From Bacteroidota bacterium (GTDB taxonomy: Bacteria > Bacteroidota > Bacteroidia > UKL13-3), in contig CANFSD010000002.1 in assembly GCA_947449515.1 (NCBI GenBank), positions 1 through 37,847 on the forward strand: a DNA stretch of 37,847 nucleotides, given 5' to 3'. Each line of letters begins with the position of its first letter. Position 1 is the stretch's first letter. Below are positions 17,501-24,488 of the stretch, in pieces. Position numbers and translations under genes: made by a program. The notes below the pieces were generated by a model. It was given only the letters and a program-made list of their open reading frames with translations. It made no database searches and was not told the DNA's origin.

Positions 17501-17942
17501 CATCATATGCTACATTTAAAGTTAATGCAATTAACTCTCCAGCTAATTTACCAGCCCTAGTATTTTTAGGGTTAGTACAAGATTTGTCTAGGGAGTTTTC
17601 GTTACCTTCAGCAGGTAAAAATGATTTGATGTGCTCTCTTGTAGTAATAATGATTTTGTAACCTGCGTTACAACCTACTGTTAAGCCATTAGGGAATACG
17701 GTAGAAAAATTGTTGGTAAGCAATTTGTTAGAATTGCCACATTTGTCGCTTTCAGAATTTTCGTTCCAAACTTCCTGGGTGTAGGTAACAAAGCCTGTAC
17801 AGTAATTAACTGTTTTAGCTTTTTTGCTCTCAGATTCTTTTTCAGACTCCTTCTTGGAATCAGAATCAGAACTCTGAGCATGCAGCGAGGGAACAAGCCA
17901 TAAAGCTAGCGCCCACAACATTAAGAGTTGTTTTGTTTTCAT
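14505..17942 (-). CDS. T9SS-sorted SprB-repeat surface protein, paralogue 2 (about 1145 aa; start corrected relative to ORF track)
   Basis: The ORF track extends to 18038, but the ATG at 17940..17942 gives MKTKQLLMLWALALWLVPSLHA. That is almost identical to the paralogue 1 signal peptide. It has eight SprB-type repeats flanked by the same unassigned module at both ends. The C-terminus CYPNPFSNKLAVSFTS...GAYFCRFASENETLVQKLIMIK looks like a T9SS CTD. Confidence 0.85.
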   Translation of the reverse strand: MKTKQLLMLWALALWLVPSLHAQSSDSDSKKESEKESESKKAKTVNYCTGFVTYTQEVWNENSESDKCGNSNKLLTNNFSTVFPNGLTVGCNAGYKIIITTREHIKSFLPAEGNENSLDKSCTNPKNTRAGKLAGELIALTLNVAYDDAIPSFSAPENHIGDMTIQLVSSPFYGLTVRQFLAVANNVLGGCSSTYTASQVCNMAKKINENFKKGKENDEENDKQNKGLLNCTPPLWTSVTGVNNTCSYSSNASATLAITSGVPPYTVLWSNSATTNTITGLTAGTYTVTIKDGANQTATKSVTITTPSVIAIGLTATDVKCFGASTGSIAANVSGGTGAYSYSWSNTATTSTISNIAAGNYELTVTDANACIAKANKSISQPVAALNVTGTATAVTCNGLNNGSIDMAVTGGTGAYSYLWNDNATTEDRSALTPGSYTVTVTDANACTATGSTQTITEPAILNASTSQTNVLCKDGNNGAIDLTVTGGNGSNTFNWSNTATSEDISDLVAGKYSVIVTDAKACTTAVEATITEPTKLVITGNATNVKCHGESNGAIAIDITGGVSNYTYSWTGATSASTEDLSNLAAGDYTLVVTDANACTATETFTVTEPNVLATNADIFNVKCYGDATGKIEFAPFGGTYPYQYSYANSDYKGNRLENLYAGTYSVTITDANGCTLTAPRTITQPAAALAVTPNVTNVACNAGSNGSIVLSVTGGTGDMTYAWRSNASTSNTISGLSASTYNYTVTDENGCVKSADVVVSQPSVLAVTISSNLLCYTGSNGAITANVSGGSTPYASYAWTKTGSAITASTATWAGRNAGTYSVVVTDANSCTATKSITINPPSSNTCGIFKTYERETWSEKRGSYITANFATVFPNGIVIGAGSNKYTFTTATAVRNFLGNDDDDDSHCSSISGHTINPGSSNNRLAIELLVLKLNVGFDNYFPAFSPSTTKLGDLVIYENGSNAHFNGLSLNEFITLANNALGGVPCGSGYTLAHVKNTAKNLDNNFHHESGESEDDDEHCDNDHNENHGNLVCPCIQNKTGEDPNGPVAKKGTISNSTMTCYPNPFSNKLAVSFTSKFNAQAVVELYNAEGVRVAVLFNGNVNENGTYDVNVNTENLSAGAYFCRFASENETLVQKLIMIK
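15402..17249 (-). repeat. In-frame array of 8 SprB-type repeats inside paralogue 2
   Basis: I counted the repeats from the recurring C-x-G...TDANxC pattern (aa 232..847 counted from the 17942 start). Confidence 0.7.
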
Positions 17943-17978
17943 ATATAAATTAATAAAGGTTTTCACAAGAAATTTTAC

Positions 17979-18136
17979 AAAAAAGCTCCCACAGCACAAC
18001 ACACACAACTCCTCTCGGAGCCACGAATGGCGCTGCAAACAGCAAATGAGTAAAGGTTTGAAAGACCCCCTCGCGGGAGACCTTCTAGGTTACTACAAGA
18101 TTCAGTAAATAATTTGAGCTAAAATTGCTCATTCGC
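17979..18136 (-). promoter_or_regulatory. Candidate structured 5' leader / cis-regulatory RNA upstream of paralogue 2 (unclassified)
   Basis: This is a GC-rich island in AT-rich intergenic DNA. On the minus-strand RNA I see five elements. (a) A long-range stem GCGAAUGAGCAA (18125..18136) with UUACUCAUUUGC (18042..18053). (b) Hairpin GAAGGUCUCCC-GCGA-GGGGGUCUUUC (18060..18085). (c) GCCA-UUCG-UGGC (18020..18031). (d) CUCC-GAGA-GGAG (18009..18020). (e) A terminator-like GCUCC...GGAGC stem (17985..18021) followed by U6 (17979..17984), which competes with the GAGA hairpin. All folding was done by eye. Confidence 0.3.
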
Positions 18137-18168
18137 GTTTGAGGATGTACAAAAAGAGGAAAACTTGT

Positions 18169-18204
18169 GTAAAAAACGCTTTAAAGTAAAACAATCAGCG
18201 TTTT
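18169..18204 (-). terminator. Intrinsic terminator after the ABC exporter gene
   Basis: The minus-strand RNA reads AAAACGCU-(16-nt loop)-AGCGUUUU, running into UUUUUU. It begins 21 nt past the stop at 18225. Confidence 0.5.
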
Positions 18205-18224
18205 GCAAGATCAAAAAGGAGCAA

Positions 18225-20054
18225 TTATCCTTCTAAAATCTTCTGCATTTCATGCAATTGTTTGTATAAACCCTCTTCTAAAATAAGTTCATGGTGTGTT
18301 CCTGTTTGAACAATTTCACCCTTGTCTAATACAACGATTAAATCTGCTTTATGAATGGTACTTAAGCGGTGCGCAATAACAATAGTAGTGCGATTTTGCA
18401 TAATATTGTTTAAGGCTTCCTGAACCAAGCGCTCGCTGGCAGTATCCAAGGCAGAAGTTGCCTCATCTAATATTAAAATGTCTGGATTGGTATGAATGGC
18501 CCTGGCAATACTTATGCGTTGTCTTTGTCCTCCACTGAGTTTATTTCCCCTGTCGCCAATATTGGTTTGGTAGCCCTTTTCCGAACCTAAAATGAATTCA
18601 TGGGCATTCGCAATTCTTGCAGCTTCTTCTACCTGACTAGGCGTAGAATCTGTTTTTCCAAAGGAAATATTATTATAGATACTGTCGTTAAATAGGATAG
18701 ACTCCTGGGCAACAATGGCCATAGTGCCACGTAGCTGAAGTATTTTCAAGTTCTTAATATTTTCACCATCTAATAACACTTCTCCTTCAACAGGATCGTA
18801 AAAACGTGGTATCAAATCTGTTAATGTAGATTTCCCAGAACCCGACGGTCCAACCAATGCCACCGTTTTTCCCTTTTCAATCTTTAAATTGATATTTTTC
18901 AAAACATAGTCATCGGCATATTTAAAGCTAACATTCTTAAATTCTATTGAATTACCTAAACCCTCAACAGGCTTGGCATTCGGAATTTCAGTAATTAACT
19001 CTTCACTTTGTAATACTTCATTCACACGTTCTAAAGAAGCTAAACCTTTTTGCATATTGCTATAAGCTGTAGAAAATGATTTCGCGGGCGGAAGAATCTG
19101 TGTAAACACCAAAATAAATAGTATAAAGGATTGAGCATTTAATCCTGTTTCTGCTGGATGCAATGCCATTTTACCGCCAAACCAAAGTATAAACGACAAA
19201 ACCACCACACTTAATGTTTCTGAAATAGGAGAGGCGCTATCACCAGTTCTATTGCTAGCTACATTAATACGTGTATAAGCATTGTTCTCTTTGTTAAACC
19301 TGCGCATGAAAAATGCTTGAGAATTAAATGCCTTAATAATTCTAATCCCCATTAGGGTTTCTTCATACAAGGAAACCAAATCGCCTAATTTGGCCTGCCC
19401 ACGCTGTGAATATTTTTTTAATACCTTTCCAATTTGCCCAATTAACAAGGCTATAATGGGTAAGGTAATAAAAACAATAAGTACCAATTGCGGACTAATC
19501 ATAACCAGTGATACCAAAAAAATTGCTATAGTAAGGGGCTCTTTAAACATTGCCTCCAAAGAACTCATAATGGCTACCTCAATTTGCAAAATATCATTGC
19601 TCATGCGGCTAATTAAATCGCCTTTTTTCTCTTCACTGAAATAAGATAAAGGCAAAACCAATATGTGCTTATACATGCTTTCGCGCAAATTGCTTACAAT
19701 ATTATTGCGCAAAGAAACCATAAAGAACAAAGCCAAATAACGAAATACATTCTTAAAAAAGATGGTAATAATGGCCATCAAACAAATAAATACCAAGGCA
19801 GATTCTGGTCCCTCTGTTTGAATTATATGGGAAAGGTAGTAATTAAAAAACTCGTTCAAACCCTTGGCATCATAGGTTATTTCTGGTTTTACAGTAACCA
19901 ATTGTGTTTGCCCAAACAACAGAGAGAGAAATGGGAAAATAAGTGCAATAGAAAATAAACTAAAGAAAATAGAAAAAATGTTGAATAGCACGTTTAACAA
20001 TGCCAATCCCTTGTACGGAAGAATATAACTTAAAAACTTTCTATAACCTTTCAT
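18225..20054 (-). CDS. ABC transporter, fused permease/ATP-binding protein (MsbA-like exporter family)
   Basis: 609 aa. The N-terminal half has six predicted TM helices. The C-terminal NBD carries Walker A GPSGSGKST, Q-loop, signature LSGGQRQR, Walker B ILILDEATSALD and H-loop IAHRLS. Confidence 0.9.
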   Translation of the reverse strand: MKGYRKFLSYILPYKGLALLNVLFNIFSIFFSLFSIALIFPFLSLLFGQTQLVTVKPEITYDAKGLNEFFNYYLSHIIQTEGPESALVFICLMAIITIFFKNVFRYLALFFMVSLRNNIVSNLRESMYKHILVLPLSYFSEEKKGDLISRMSNDILQIEVAIMSSLEAMFKEPLTIAIFLVSLVMISPQLVLIVFITLPIIALLIGQIGKVLKKYSQRGQAKLGDLVSLYEETLMGIRIIKAFNSQAFFMRRFNKENNAYTRINVASNRTGDSASPISETLSVVVLSFILWFGGKMALHPAETGLNAQSFILFILVFTQILPPAKSFSTAYSNMQKGLASLERVNEVLQSEELITEIPNAKPVEGLGNSIEFKNVSFKYADDYVLKNINLKIEKGKTVALVGPSGSGKSTLTDLIPRFYDPVEGEVLLDGENIKNLKILQLRGTMAIVAQESILFNDSIYNNISFGKTDSTPSQVEEAARIANAHEFILGSEKGYQTNIGDRGNKLSGGQRQRISIARAIHTNPDILILDEATSALDTASERLVQEALNNIMQNRTTIVIAHRLSTIHKADLIVVLDKGEIVQTGTHHELILEEGLYKQLHEMQKILEG

Positions 20055-20108
20055 CTTTACTATTTAATGCAATACGGGACAAATATCCGATATAAAAGCA
20101 AATTTTTT

Positions 20109-21350
20109 CTAATTCAATTTGTACTTGTCCATGTATTTTTGGTAAAGTTTCACCTGCTCATTGTTTAAGTCTATTGCCTCACCACATAAATAAGCTTGCC
20201 ATATTTCACTACTTTTCATGTCAAGTAAATCACCATTACAAATTAATATAGAGGCATCTTTGCCAACAGCCAAACTGCCAATTCTATCCGAAATGCCCAT
20301 AATTTCAGCCGGACTTAAGCAGATAGCTTTCAAGGCGGCTTCTTTGTTAAGGCCATAAGCAGCAGCGGTTCCAGCCAAATATGCTAAATTTCTCGCCTCC
20401 CAACTTCCTTCTAAAGATAGCGCAAATTTAATACCCAATTTTTCAAGTTGTGCAGGAGTTTGGTAAGGCAGATCTATTCCATCGGCATTGCGCGCAGGCA
20501 AGCGATGTATACTCCCTAAAACCACAGGAATTTGATTTTCTTTAAGTAAATCTGCTACCAGATAAGCTTCTTGCCCGCCAACTATTACCAAATGAATTTC
20601 TGGGTAATTGCTTTTAAAAAACTGAATTGAACGCATCATGCCTTGGGCTTCATTGGTATGAATGTATAAATTTTGGGTGCCTAAAAACACGCCTTTCATT
20701 GCCGCCAACCTGGCATTAAATGCTGGTGTTTTCATGTTTTGGTATTGCTTGGCTTCAGCAAAAAAAGTGGCAATATCTCCCATAAGTTTTTCTCCATTTT
20801 TATTAGGATCCAAACTTGGAATTGGAATATGCGGCCAATTTATATGTACACCCTCATCTCCTTTTACTACAGCATCTTCCCAATTCCATGCCTTAGTTTT
20901 CATTAAACTGCTACTGCCGCTGATTATACCTCCCTGAGGTATGGCTTGCGTATATAGTATCCCATTAAAAAGGGCGGTTGGGAGTATTTTTGAATCTGTA
21001 TTATAGGCTATTAAACTGCGCACATTTGGGTTAAAATCGCCTTGCTCATAATAGTCCTTAGTTGCCCTAATTGCATCAATTTCATTTAAACCCATGATAT
21101 TATTCATGGCAATCAACCCTGGATAAACATGTTTACCTTTTGCATCAATAACCACTGCATTTTTATAAAGGCCTTTTTGGGTCGATCCAAGCTCAATTAT
21201 TTTACCTTGCTCCATCACCAGTACGCCACCCTCAATAACTTCCCCATTGCCTAAATGAAGGGTGCCATTTCTAATAATTTTGGTGGTTATTTGTGCGCTA
21301 AGGTTTAAACTTAACAAAACACAAAACGCTATTTTTATCAATATTTTCAT
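20109..21350 (-). CDS. Amidohydrolase-family protein (secreted/periplasmic; canonical HxH metal motif absent)
   Basis: 413 aa with signal peptide MKILIKIAFCVLLSLNLSAQ. The N-terminal beta-sandwich lead-in (VIDAKGKHVYPGLI) is typical of metal-dependent amidohydrolases. However, the following motif is AMNNIMG rather than D-x-H-x-H. The C-terminal GSLAVGKDASILICNGD motif is typical of the family. Confidence 0.7.
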   Translation of the reverse strand: MKILIKIAFCVLLSLNLSAQITTKIIRNGTLHLGNGEVIEGGVLVMEQGKIIELGSTQKGLYKNAVVIDAKGKHVYPGLIAMNNIMGLNEIDAIRATKDYYEQGDFNPNVRSLIAYNTDSKILPTALFNGILYTQAIPQGGIISGSSSLMKTKAWNWEDAVVKGDEGVHINWPHIPIPSLDPNKNGEKLMGDIATFFAEAKQYQNMKTPAFNARLAAMKGVFLGTQNLYIHTNEAQGMMRSIQFFKSNYPEIHLVIVGGQEAYLVADLLKENQIPVVLGSIHRLPARNADGIDLPYQTPAQLEKLGIKFALSLEGSWEARNLAYLAGTAAAYGLNKEAALKAICLSPAEIMGISDRIGSLAVGKDASILICNGDLLDMKSSEIWQAYLCGEAIDLNNEQVKLYQKYMDKYKLN

Positions 21351-21379
21351 TGTCTTTATTATTATTGTTTTGCTTTTAC

Positions 21380-24346
21380 CTAAAAATCATCACAATGGTA
21401 ATCAGGATCAGGCATTGAAACTTTTGCTTCTGCTTTTTCTCCTTTTTGTTTGGCTAAAATCATCTTTTGAATAATGCGCTGGCGTTCGGCCTGAACCGCA
21501 ATGCGCATAGCCTCGTCGGCTGTTCTATTAAAATAACAAACGCCATCCACAAAGGTCATTTCTGCTTTTGCTTGAATGCTTAATGGGTTGCACGACCATA
21601 AAACCAAATCTGCATCTTTACCTACCTTAATGCTACCTGTGCGTGTGTCTAAATGCAACATTTTTGCAGGATTTAAGGTTACCATTTTCCATGCCTCCTC
21701 TTCACTAATATGTCCGTATTTAATTATTTTAGCAGCTTCTTGATTGAGTCTTCTACCCATCTCAGCATCATCGCTATTTATAGCAGTTACAACGCCAATT
21801 TTATTAAGTATAGCAGCGTTTTGCGGAATGGCATCAATAACCTCATATTTATAGGCCCACCAATCTGCAAAGGTACTGGCACTTACTCCATGTGCTTTCA
21901 TTTTATCTGCAACTTTATATCCTTCCAAAATATGGGTAAATGTATTCACTTTAAAACCCATACTATCTGCCACATGCATCAACATGTTAATTTCACTTTG
22001 CACATAACTGTGGCAACTAATAAACCTTTTTTTATTGCAAATTTCTACCAATGCATCTAGCTCTAAATCTCTTCTTGTAAGGGATGGATTAACCTTCAAT
22101 GCACGTTCATATTCCTTAGCCCTAATAAAGGCATCATAATATACTTGTTCAACACCCATGCGTGTTTGCGGGTATCTACCGCTTTCAACACCCCAATTAC
22201 TTTGTTTTACATTTTCACCCAAAGCAAATTTTATGAACCCATCTGCACCTGCAATTTTCATTTGCTCAGGTGCCATTCCCCATCTCAATTTTATTAAACT
22301 GCTCTGTCCTCCAACTGGGTTACAAGAACCATGTAATTGTTGGCAGGCAATAACCCCACCACTTAATTGTCTATAAATGTTAATGTCTTCAGAATTTATA
22401 ACATCACCAATTCTTACTTCAGCAGTAATGTTTTGGGTACACTCATTCACCCCACGATAAATTCCAATATGCGAATGTTCATCTATAATTCCGCTACTCA
22501 ATACTTTTCCTGTTGCATCAATAGTTTGGTAGTTTTCTAATTTTAAATTCTTCCCAATTGCTATAATTTTACCTTCACTAATAGCAACATCGGTCTCACT
22601 TAAAACACCTTCTTTTTCATTGGTCCACACACTGGCATTTTTAAATAAATAATTACGAGCTTTTGGTATGTTTTCATTTCCATATTCTGTAAACGGGTAT
22701 ACTACTTTTCCAATAAATGGTTTTTCTATTGCTGCCGTTTTTTTGTTTTCGGTTCGAACCAATTGCCAATTGGCCATAAAGGGTTTGGAACTTCCATCAG
22801 GCATTTGTGTTAAACCCTCTAATGACAGGGCTTGAAAGCTAATGCTATCAATGTTTTTAATCCAAGCGTTTATACGAATTTGTTGCGTATTTTTATTGTT
22901 ATCATTATAACTTAAATTGAAAATTCCCAACTGTTCTTGAATGTTTACCTTAAGGGTGTCCTTGCCTAATAACAGGCCTTCTTTGAGGTTGTCATTTATT
23001 CTTAAAACGTAATTTTCTATTGGAGAATTTACAATGCGGTAATCGCCTTTAATGCTATAAATTGAATTGACGTTGATAATGCTTTCTTCTCCCAAAATCC
23101 AATGTGAAAGAATTTGTGCGTTTTTGTTAAATATAGGTTCGTTACTAATAAAAAAATTAGCCATTTTACCCTTTTCAATAGTGCCAATTTCTTTTTCTGA
23201 TTTTAGCCATTGTGCAGGTCTTGTAGTCAATGCTGTCAATGCATCCTCTTCGCTCAAGCCATATTCTACCGCCTTTCTAAGGTTTTTTAAAAATTCATTT
23301 GGTTCCGTGCATCCACTACTGGTTATTACAAATGGAATTTTTTTCCTTGCCACCATTTGAGGATTCGCAGGTGCCATTTCCCAATGCTTTAAATCTGCCA
23401 AATTAATATTCATAGCATCAAAAGGATTCTCCACCTCGTAGGGTTTTGGAAAATTAATAGGAAGAATAAAGGGTAAACCAATTGCCGCAATTTCATCCAA
23501 TCTTTGGTATTCATCTCCTGCGCCCTTAATAATGTATGATATACCAAACTCCTTGCCAATTCTAGCAGCCCTGAGTGCAGCTAACTTGTTTTCAGCTTCA
23601 AAAATTACGGGGAGGTCTTTGTATTTATTAATATTTTCTAGGCTTAAATTGTAAGTCCCCTTTTGTTGTGCATACCAATTTGCATCAAAATAGGTTTGCC
23701 TTATTAACGCAACGCAACCCATTGCAGAGCCAGGATAATCTTGCGTGCTGCTGCCTTTGTTAAAACTCATGCCGCAAGCAGCTTTTGGGTTTAAAACTAA
23801 ATTTTGTTCATGTGCATTGCCATTTAATACCAAGGCAGATGTTCCTCTAAATATTCCATCTTGAACGGCACTTAAACTTACGCCAAATCCGTTTCCAAGT
23901 AATTGCTTACTTTTCTTTTCATCATAAGAAAAATAATTAATGGCGTCTAATTGGCTTCTAACGGCATCATTCCAAGAATAAGGGCCCGCTTGGTTATTTG
24001 AAAATTGATCTCCCCTTGTTTTGGATGCAATTGGTGCTTTTATACCATAATTGCTGTATAAATCAATAAAGGATGGGTATAGGTATTTCCCTTTTGCATT
24101 AATTACTCTTGCCTCTTTAGGAATGCTTATGCCAACACCAACATTTTCAATTTTCCCATCTAATAGCAATAAGCTTGCATTACTTATACTTTTATTTGGG
24201 TTTATTTGAATGGTAACATTGGTAATGGCTACATATTCAGGCCTTTTATCTGGCGGGCCGTTCAAAGGAAACCCAACCTGGGCCTCTAATTTGGCGCAAC
24301 ACAATAGAAAAAAAGCAAGTTGGATCAATTTTTTTAATGCTGTCAT
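21380..24346 (-). CDS. Large amidohydrolase-family protein (two amidohydrolase-like modules; only the second has the HxH motif)
   Basis: 988 aa with a signal peptide. Module 1 reads VINAKGKYLYPSFIDLYSNYG, with no HxH. Module 2 reads IDATGKVLSSGIIDEHSHIG, followed by AINSDD and the C-terminal GSIKVGKDADLVLW. These are the classical metal-binding and closing motifs of the amidohydrolase superfamily. Confidence 0.8.
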   Translation of the reverse strand: MTALKKLIQLAFFLLCCAKLEAQVGFPLNGPPDKRPEYVAITNVTIQINPNKSISNASLLLLDGKIENVGVGISIPKEARVINAKGKYLYPSFIDLYSNYGIKAPIASKTRGDQFSNNQAGPYSWNDAVRSQLDAINYFSYDEKKSKQLLGNGFGVSLSAVQDGIFRGTSALVLNGNAHEQNLVLNPKAACGMSFNKGSSTQDYPGSAMGCVALIRQTYFDANWYAQQKGTYNLSLENINKYKDLPVIFEAENKLAALRAARIGKEFGISYIIKGAGDEYQRLDEIAAIGLPFILPINFPKPYEVENPFDAMNINLADLKHWEMAPANPQMVARKKIPFVITSSGCTEPNEFLKNLRKAVEYGLSEEDALTALTTRPAQWLKSEKEIGTIEKGKMANFFISNEPIFNKNAQILSHWILGEESIINVNSIYSIKGDYRIVNSPIENYVLRINDNLKEGLLLGKDTLKVNIQEQLGIFNLSYNDNNKNTQQIRINAWIKNIDSISFQALSLEGLTQMPDGSSKPFMANWQLVRTENKKTAAIEKPFIGKVVYPFTEYGNENIPKARNYLFKNASVWTNEKEGVLSETDVAISEGKIIAIGKNLKLENYQTIDATGKVLSSGIIDEHSHIGIYRGVNECTQNITAEVRIGDVINSEDINIYRQLSGGVIACQQLHGSCNPVGGQSSLIKLRWGMAPEQMKIAGADGFIKFALGENVKQSNWGVESGRYPQTRMGVEQVYYDAFIRAKEYERALKVNPSLTRRDLELDALVEICNKKRFISCHSYVQSEINMLMHVADSMGFKVNTFTHILEGYKVADKMKAHGVSASTFADWWAYKYEVIDAIPQNAAILNKIGVVTAINSDDAEMGRRLNQEAAKIIKYGHISEEEAWKMVTLNPAKMLHLDTRTGSIKVGKDADLVLWSCNPLSIQAKAEMTFVDGVCYFNRTADEAMRIAVQAERQRIIQKMILAKQKGEKAEAKVSMPDPDYHCDDF

Positions 24347-24470
24347 ATTCAGTCTTGATTCAGTAATTTATTGGTTAAAATTTGTTCATTTAAACCTAAC
24401 ATTGGCAATTTAATAGAATAATTGAATTTTGTAAACAAAGCTACCTGTTTTTAAATAGCACTGCTATTCG

Positions 24471-24478
24471 TATGTTTG
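24471..24478 (+). promoter_or_regulatory. Candidate Bacteroidota sigma-A -7 box (TATGTTTG)
   Basis: It matches the TAnnTTTG consensus and ends 11 nt before the rhomboid ATG, which implies a very short leader. This is a motif match only. Confidence 0.25.
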
Positions 24479-24488
24479 AAGAACACTA

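Noticed and set aside
11145-17942. Regular repeat periodicity of about 237 nt, which could superficially resemble a CRISPR-like or satellite array
   Set aside because: The repeats are in frame, contiguous and without spacers. They encode SprB-type Ig-like units inside intact ORFs, so this is a protein-coding repeat and not CRISPR.
17943-18038. N-terminal 32-aa extension of the 1177-aa ORF (MQRHSWLREELCVLCCGSFFVKFLVKTFINLY)
   Set aside because: The Met at 17942 starts a signal peptide nearly identical to that of paralogue 1. The extension has no secretion-signal logic and coincides with a GC-rich hairpin and terminator-like region. I treat it as 5' leader RNA, not coding sequence.
17979-18136. 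Possibility that the GC-rich structured element is SRP (4.5S) RNA or another housekeeping RNA
   Set aside because: It has GNRA-capped hairpins, but the conserved SRP domain IV signature (GGAA loop with flanking AGCA/GGA symmetric-loop residues) is absent. I found no tRNA cloverleaf and no tmRNA or RNase P motifs. I kept it only as an unclassified leader candidate.
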